Below are positions 58,418 through 64,000 of a stretch of DNA of 64,000 nucleotides, piece by piece; the first letter of the stretch is position 1; the number at the start of each line of letters is the position of its first letter. This stretch comes from Mantamonas sphyraenae STR306 (taxonomy: Eukaryota > Protista > CRuMs): the NCBI GenBank assembly GCA_026936335.1, contig JAPMXV010000008.1, positions 278,177-342,176 on the forward strand. The letters run 5' to 3'. The translations under genes were made by a program, and so were the position numbers. The notes beneath the pieces were generated by a model. That model saw nothing but the letters and a program-made list of their open reading frames with translations. It searched no databases and was not told where the DNA came from.

Positions 58418-59999
58418 ATGAGCTCGGTGGAGAGGGATGAATGGCTGGAATTGCTGCAGATCTGGGATTATGCACGGTTTCGTAGAACGCTGGCAGCGGG
58501 AGATGTACATGTACGCGCGATGGAGGTGTTGCATGTCAAGAAGTGGATGAAGGGCAACAAGGGAGTGTGTGCTGACACTTGGAACACAGAACTTGTGTAT
58601 CAATGGCGAGGAATTAGGTGTCAATGAGGCAGTAGCGCTGGCCGAGGCGCTAGAGAAAAACATCAGCTTGCGGATGTTGGACCTCAGTTTCAACCGCATC
58701 AAGGACGCAGGAGCGGCAGCACTTGCGCAGGGATTGAGTGGAAACAGCAGTTTGCAGATGCTGGACCTCAGTTACAACAGCATCAAGGACGCAGGAGCGG
58801 CAGCACTTGCGCAGGGATTGAGCGGGATCAGCAGTTTGCATACACTGTTCCTCAGCCACAACAGCGTCGGGGACGAAGGAGCCACGGAACTGGCACATGC
58901 ACTGAGTGCGAACAACAGCTTGCAGAGACTGTTCCTCAGCCACAGCAGCATCGGGGACGAAGGAGCAACAGTGCTGGCACATGCACTGAGTGCGAACAGC
59001 AGCTTGCAGATACTGAAACTCAGCCGCAACAGCATTGGGGACGAAGGTGCAACAGTGCTGGCTCATGCAATGAGGGAGAACAGCAGCTTGCAGACACTGA
59101 ACCTTAGCCGCAACAGCATCGGGGACGAAGGAGCAGCAGCACTTGGGCAGGCACTGAAGGAGAACAGCAGCCTGCGGATGCTGGACCTTGGACACAACTG
59201 CATTGGGGCAGAAGGTGCATTGGCACTGGCGCAGGCACTGAGTGAGAACAGCAGCAGCTTGCAATTCCTGAACCTCCCGAGCAACAGCATCGGGGACGAA
59301 GGAGCAGCAGCACTGGCGCAGGCCCTGAGTGAGAACAGCAGGTTGCAGACACTGAACCTCAGCGGCAACAGCATCGGGGACGAAGGAGCAGCAGCACTGG
59401 CTGAGGCACTGAGTGAGAGCAGCAGCCTGCAGACACTGGAGCTCATGAGCAACAGCATCGGGGTCGAAGGAACAGCAGCACTGACAAAGGCTATGCAAGG
59501 CAATCGGTCGTGCTGGCACATCGTGGGCCTGAGAAGGGGCACCGTGCAGTCGATGTTGGAGAGAAACAAGAAGCAGCACGTGGAGTTTGTGGAGTGTGGG
59601 GATGTGGAGAAAGTGGCTGCGTTGAGGGAGTGGGGTGTGCCTGTGGACACGTTTGCAGGGGATGGAGGTGAAGAGACTGCGCTGGAGCGAGCAGTGAAGC
59701 GAGGGGATGAGGGGATTGTGGATGTGTTGCGGGGTTGGGGAGCGACGCCGAGGATGGAAACGGTGGAGATGGTGAGAGAGGAAGGGTGGAGGAAGGCGTG
59801 GCATTGGATTGGATGGGGTGGATTGGTGGAGGAGGCGATGGAGGTGGCGTTGGTGATGAACGGGGAGGAGAGGGAGGCGATGTTTGAGTGTGGAGGGATG
59901 GAGGCGTATGTGGAGAGAGGACGGTGGGAAGGGTGGGTGACACTGCCGGATGAGGTGATGGAGAGGGTGGTGGAGTGGATGGGGAGGGGTGCGGAATGA
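58418..59999 (+). CDS. Ribonuclease-inhibitor-type LRR protein with C-terminal ankyrin-like repeat
   Basis: About 11 repeats of 28 aa, NSSLQTLNLSRNSIGDEGAAALAQAL; ETALERAVKRGDEGIVDVL; phase-0 intron ~58511-58589. Confidence 0.88.
58655..59500 (+). repeat. 84-bp tandem repeats encoding LRRs
   Basis: Recurrent aacagcatcggggacgaaggagca at ~84-nt spacing. Confidence 0.9.
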
Positions 60000-60008
60000 A
60001 GGGGTGGT

Positions 60009-63000
60009 TCATTCGAGGCGTTGACGTTTGGAGGAGGAGGAGGAGGAGGAGGAAGGGTCTTTGCGCTTGGGCAGGGTGAATGGAGGGATGGGGTAGGCGT
60101 TGACGAGTGCAGGGGTGGTGGGACGGGTGGTGATGTGGGGTGATGCGGTCGATGAGGGTGTGGAGGAGGGTGTGCAGTGTGGCGTCGCTGGGTTTGGGGT
60201 TGTCGAGCCAGGTGATCTTGAGGGAGAGGGACGTGACGCCGCGGGTGAGGGTTTTGCTGATAGCAGGTTGAACCTGCTGGTAGGTGAGGTTTGGCCTGAG
60301 GAGGCGGACAAAGAAGGCCAGGTCGACAGGCGGCACGCCAACGTTGCCCAGCGCCAGGATGATGTGTCGCAGCAGGGACATCAGGCTGCCGGTGTTGATC
60401 AGCTCACGCAGTGCCTGGTGTTCGTGTGAATGCTGATGGCGAGGGTGCTTGGCTGCGCGTGCCTTCATGTGTGCCAGCAGCGTCTGGAACTCCCGAGCCG
60501 TGCAGCTGCCACGCTCGTCTGCGGTATTGCTCCAGCCACTGCGCACAGACTCAGGATGCCACTTGTCCACCGTGTTGGTGGTGGTGAGGTGGTGGTCGTA
60601 GTCACATTGTGTCCAGTGTGGGTCGCTGTCGTTGTCAGCAGGTCGTCGTGCTTTCTGCAGCCACAGCTGGGTCTGCTTCTGCTCCTTCCAGGTGGTGGGA
60701 TGGGGCCTGTTACCGAGAGTGTCCATCTCTGTCATGAGTAGGTGGAGGAGGGCGTAGTTGGGGTCGCCGTGGTTGGGTGGTTCCTCCAGCCAGCACACCT
60801 TCAACCCAGCCTTTGTCACACCCATAGCCAGACCAGCGTGGAGGATGGCGAGTCTGCACGCGCGTTGATCCACGTCATGGCCGAGAAGGGTGAGGCACAA
60901 GGCCATGTCGCCCTGGGAAATGGGAATGTTGCACAGAGCGAGCTGAATCTGTCGGACCAGCGTGTTCAGGGTGCCATGGCAGACCACAACACGCGCCTGC
61001 AGGGTCATGAGGTCGGGGATGTTGTCGACGGGATGCTCGTTGGCCAGGGTGTGCATGTGCTTCAGCAGTGCCGTGTGCTCCTTCTTGTTGCTGCGGCTGC
61101 GCTCGCTCTTGCGCCAATACGTCCATCCACTGCGCACAACGCCATCTGGCAGTCCATCCTCCACGGCCATCTTCTCCTCCTCTGTTGGCTCGGGCAGAAC
61201 AAACTCTGGGATATCGAGGGCATTGACAGCGTCGACGGTGGTGGGGCGGATAGTTGTGATGCGGTCGATGAGGGTGTGGAGGAGGGTGTGCAGTGTGGCG
61301 TCGCTGGGTTTGGGGTTGTCGAGCCAGGCGATCTTGAGGGAGAGGGAGGTGACGCCGCGGGAGAGGGTGTTGCTGATGGCACCAACCACCTGCTGGTAGG
61401 TGGCCTGTGGCCTGAGCAGGCGGACAAAGAAGGCCAGGTCGACAGGCGGCACGCCAACGTTGCCCAGCGCCAGGATGACGTGTCGCAGCAGGGACCGCAG
61501 GTCACCGTTGTTGATCAGCTCACGCAGTGCCTGGTGTTCGTGTGTGTGCTGATGGCGAAGGTGCTTGGCTGCGCGTGCCTTCATGTGTGCCAACAGTGTC
61601 TGGAACTCCCGCGCCGTGCAGCTGCCACGCTCGTCGCTGGGCGAGGCATTGCTCCAGCCACTACACACAGACACAGGATGCCAATATTCCATCTCGGTGG
61701 TGGAGAGGTGGTGGTCGTAGTCGCATTGTGTCCAGTGTGGGTCGCTGTCGTTGTCAGCAGGGCGCCGTGCTTTCTGCAGCCACAGCTGGGTCTGCTTCTG
61801 CTCCTTCCAGGTGGTGGGATGGGGCCTGTCACCGAGAGTGTCCATCTCTGCCATGAGCAAGTGGAGGAGGGCGTAGTTGGGGTCGCCGTGGTCGCGTGGC
61901 ACCTCCAGCCAGCACACCTTCAACCCAGCGTTTGTCACACCCATGGCCAGACCAGCGTGAGTGATGGCAAGTCTGCACGCCTGTTGATCCATACAACGGC
62001 CGAGAAGGGTGAGAAAGAGGGCCATGTCGCCCTGGGATAGGGGAATGTTGCCCAGAGCGAGCTGAATCTGTCGCACAAGCTTGTTCAAGGTACCATGGCA
62101 GACCATTACACGCGCTTGTAGGGTCATGAGGTCGGGGTTGTTGTCGATGGGATGCTCATTGGCCAGGGTGTGCATGTGCTTCAGCAGTGCCGTGTGCTCC
62201 TTCTTGTTGCTGTGGCTGCGCTCGTCGCTGTTTCCCATCGTCCACCCTTTTCGTACAACACCATCTGCCAACTTGTTCGTCTTGTCCACTGCTGCGTTCT
62301 TCCCTGCACAGGTGTCTCCGTTCTTGGCCCTCCTTGCCCGTGTGCTCGACGTTCCTGTCTCTGTGCCACTGCCAGCCGTGATCCTGCGCCTGCGCTGTCC
62401 GCTGCCATTCATCCTTTGTGGACCAGTACGACGGCTGTTGTGGCTTCTGCGATGTCGTGTGCGGCCTCCTCTTGTGCGTCTTGGCTGCCATTCGTCCCTG
62501 TCCTCCTGTTCAAAGTCGTCTGCGTCGTTGTCGCTGTCGTCCTGTGGCAAGTACTCCTCATCCATGGCATCACCAGTGTCTGCAAAACTGAGTGGGCCCT
62601 GAGTGTCCATCTCGTCGTCCACGTGCTGCTGGGTTGCGTCCTTTGCCTCGCCGTCTTCTTCGTACGCCTCCATCCATGAACTGGTCATCCACTCTGAGCT
62701 GCTGGAGATTGACCGTGGTTCAAGGTGGCCAAAGTTCAGGAACATCAGGTCCTCCACGTCGCCGGTGTCTTGTGTGTGAGTGTCTTGGTCTGCGCCGTCG
62801 TCGTCGCAGTCTCCAGTCTGCCGTGTGGCCTGGTGGGAGGAGGACGACGATGTGGTGGTGGATGTGGTCCGTGTGATGCCGACAAAGGCAGGGCTGATGC
62901 GTTTGCGGACGCGGTTGTGGTTGATGGTGGGTTGAGCAGGCGGAGGGTGAAACGGAGTCTGAGCGAAGTGCATCTGGGCGGTTTGTCGCGGCGGAGGAGG

Positions 63001-63177
63001 CGGCGGAGGAGGGTAGGCGTAGTATGGGTGGCCCTGGTGAGCATATGCGTAGTGCTGCTGGGAGTGGGTGTTGACAGGGACCCAGATGATGGGTGGTTGT
63101 GGATGCTGGTACGGGTTTTGTACGCCAGAGACGGGCAGCGTGTTCGGAAGTGGCTGGGCAGCCATGGGAGGGACCAT
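60009..63177 (-). CDS. Telomere-adjacent protein of unknown function: Pro/Gln-rich and acidic N-terminus plus four homologous ~185-aa domains; frameshift near 60135
   Basis: Long intronless ORF with two ~1.1-kb tandem units; start codon uncertain. Confidence 0.7.
60075..62265. repeat. Two ~1.1-kb tandem direct repeat units (~60075-61148 and ~61149-62265)
   Basis: Long identical stretches, e.g. gtgtgcatgtgcttcagcagtgccgtgtgctccttcttgttgctg at ~61050 and ~62168. Confidence 0.93.
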
Positions 63178-63846
63178 GTACGCGTAGCTGTGGGGGACGG
63201 GGAGGGGCAGGGCGAGGTGGAAATGGTGAGCGGAAGGCGGAATGGACGCCGTCAGGGCAGAAGCGGGGTGAAGCGAGGCTGGAACGAGCAAAGAGGGAAT
63301 ACGGAGGAGATTCGCAGACGGGGAAACTGGCAACTGGGAGGCAGTGACAGGTGAGAGGGGATCGGAGAAGGGCGGACAAGGCAGCACCGGTGGTGATGGG
63401 GAAGTGGAGATGCAGGGGAGGAGTGCAGGGAAGGGACGGAGGCATGGAGGAGGGATAGAAGCGGGAGGAGCGGGCAGTCAGAAAAACGGAGTGGAAGGCA
63501 GAACGCACGCTGGGTAGGTGTTGGGTGTGTGTTGTTGTTTGGGAGTGATAGAGTAGTCTTTGTCCATGGTGGTGGTGGTGGTACTGGAGTGCATGTAAAT
63601 TGCGTTGGACAGGTAGACGGTGTCGTGGGTGTTGGTGATACTTTGGTTGAAGGCGGATGGGCAGTGCTGACTGCGCGGCGTTGCAGGACAACGGCCACTC
63701 ACCAGCGACATTTCCACTCCCACCCATTGCCCATTGCCCCATGTCACCACCCAACTCAGCCACCCCGCCAGCAGACACAAGCACAACTCACATGACATAG
63801 ACCGGATTCACATTTCACCAGACCAAATTTACCAGGGCCTCTCAAA

Positions 63847-64000
63847 GTTAGGGTTAGGGTTAGGGTTAGGGTTAGGATTAGGGTTAGGGTTAGGGTTAGG
63901 ATTAGGGTTAGGGTTAGGGTTAGGGTTAGGGTTAGGGTTAGGGTTAGGGTTAGGGTTAGGGTTAGGGTTAGGGTTAGGGTTAGGGTTAGGGTTAGGGTTA
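63847..64000 (+). repeat. Telomeric repeat array (TTAGGG)n
   Basis: About 25 tandem TTAGGG units to the window end, with two TTAGGA variants in the proximal part. Confidence 0.99.

Noticed and set aside
58655-59500. Regularly spaced repeats resembling a CRISPR array
   Set aside because: They are in-frame 84-bp LRR coding repeats with homologous 'spacers'; eukaryotic context and no cas genes
59491-60008. Pro/Ser-rich C-terminus of the 1298-aa ORF as genuine overlapping coding sequence
   Set aside because: It arises only through the 10-nt duplication frameshift and is the antisense of the G-rich LRR gene end

Overview
The terminal 64 kb of a chromosome from a GC-rich, very gene-dense unicellular eukaryote. 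The sequence shows short GT-AG introns with CTGAC/CTCAC branch sites, the standard genetic code, and a (TTAGGG)n telomere at 63847-64000; a BBIP1 gene suggests a flagellate. About 33 protein genes are recognisable. Most are housekeeping (PDSS1/COQ1, NPL4, UBE2W, KAE1/OSGEP, Rac, HADHA, DPH7, NDUFS5, BK channel, AGC kinase, OCA2-like, SPC24, RPS24, cathepsin B, GMDS, N6AMT1, beta-adaptin, DTWD1, Patched-like). Most notable: (1) same-strand gene pairs joined by bacterial-style stop/start junctions (TAA-ATG, TGA-AAG-ATG, TGATG), two of them arranged symmetrically around one 92-bp divergent spacer; (2) an intron-containing gene with a bacterial TraB-like fold and a GspG pseudopilin motif, abutting a short-armed non-canonical SMC gene; (3) an intronic C/D snoRNA with three segments antisense to LSU rRNA domain V; (4) an MT-A70 protein resembling the MTA9/AMT6-7 subunit of the DNA 6mA complex; (5) a recent 2.35-kb duplication of SPC24+RPS24; (6) a telomere-adjacent gene made of four copies of an unrecognised ~185-aa domain. 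All family assignments and rRNA matches come from motif recognition by eye and from memory, not database searches. Exon boundaries are manual predictions.
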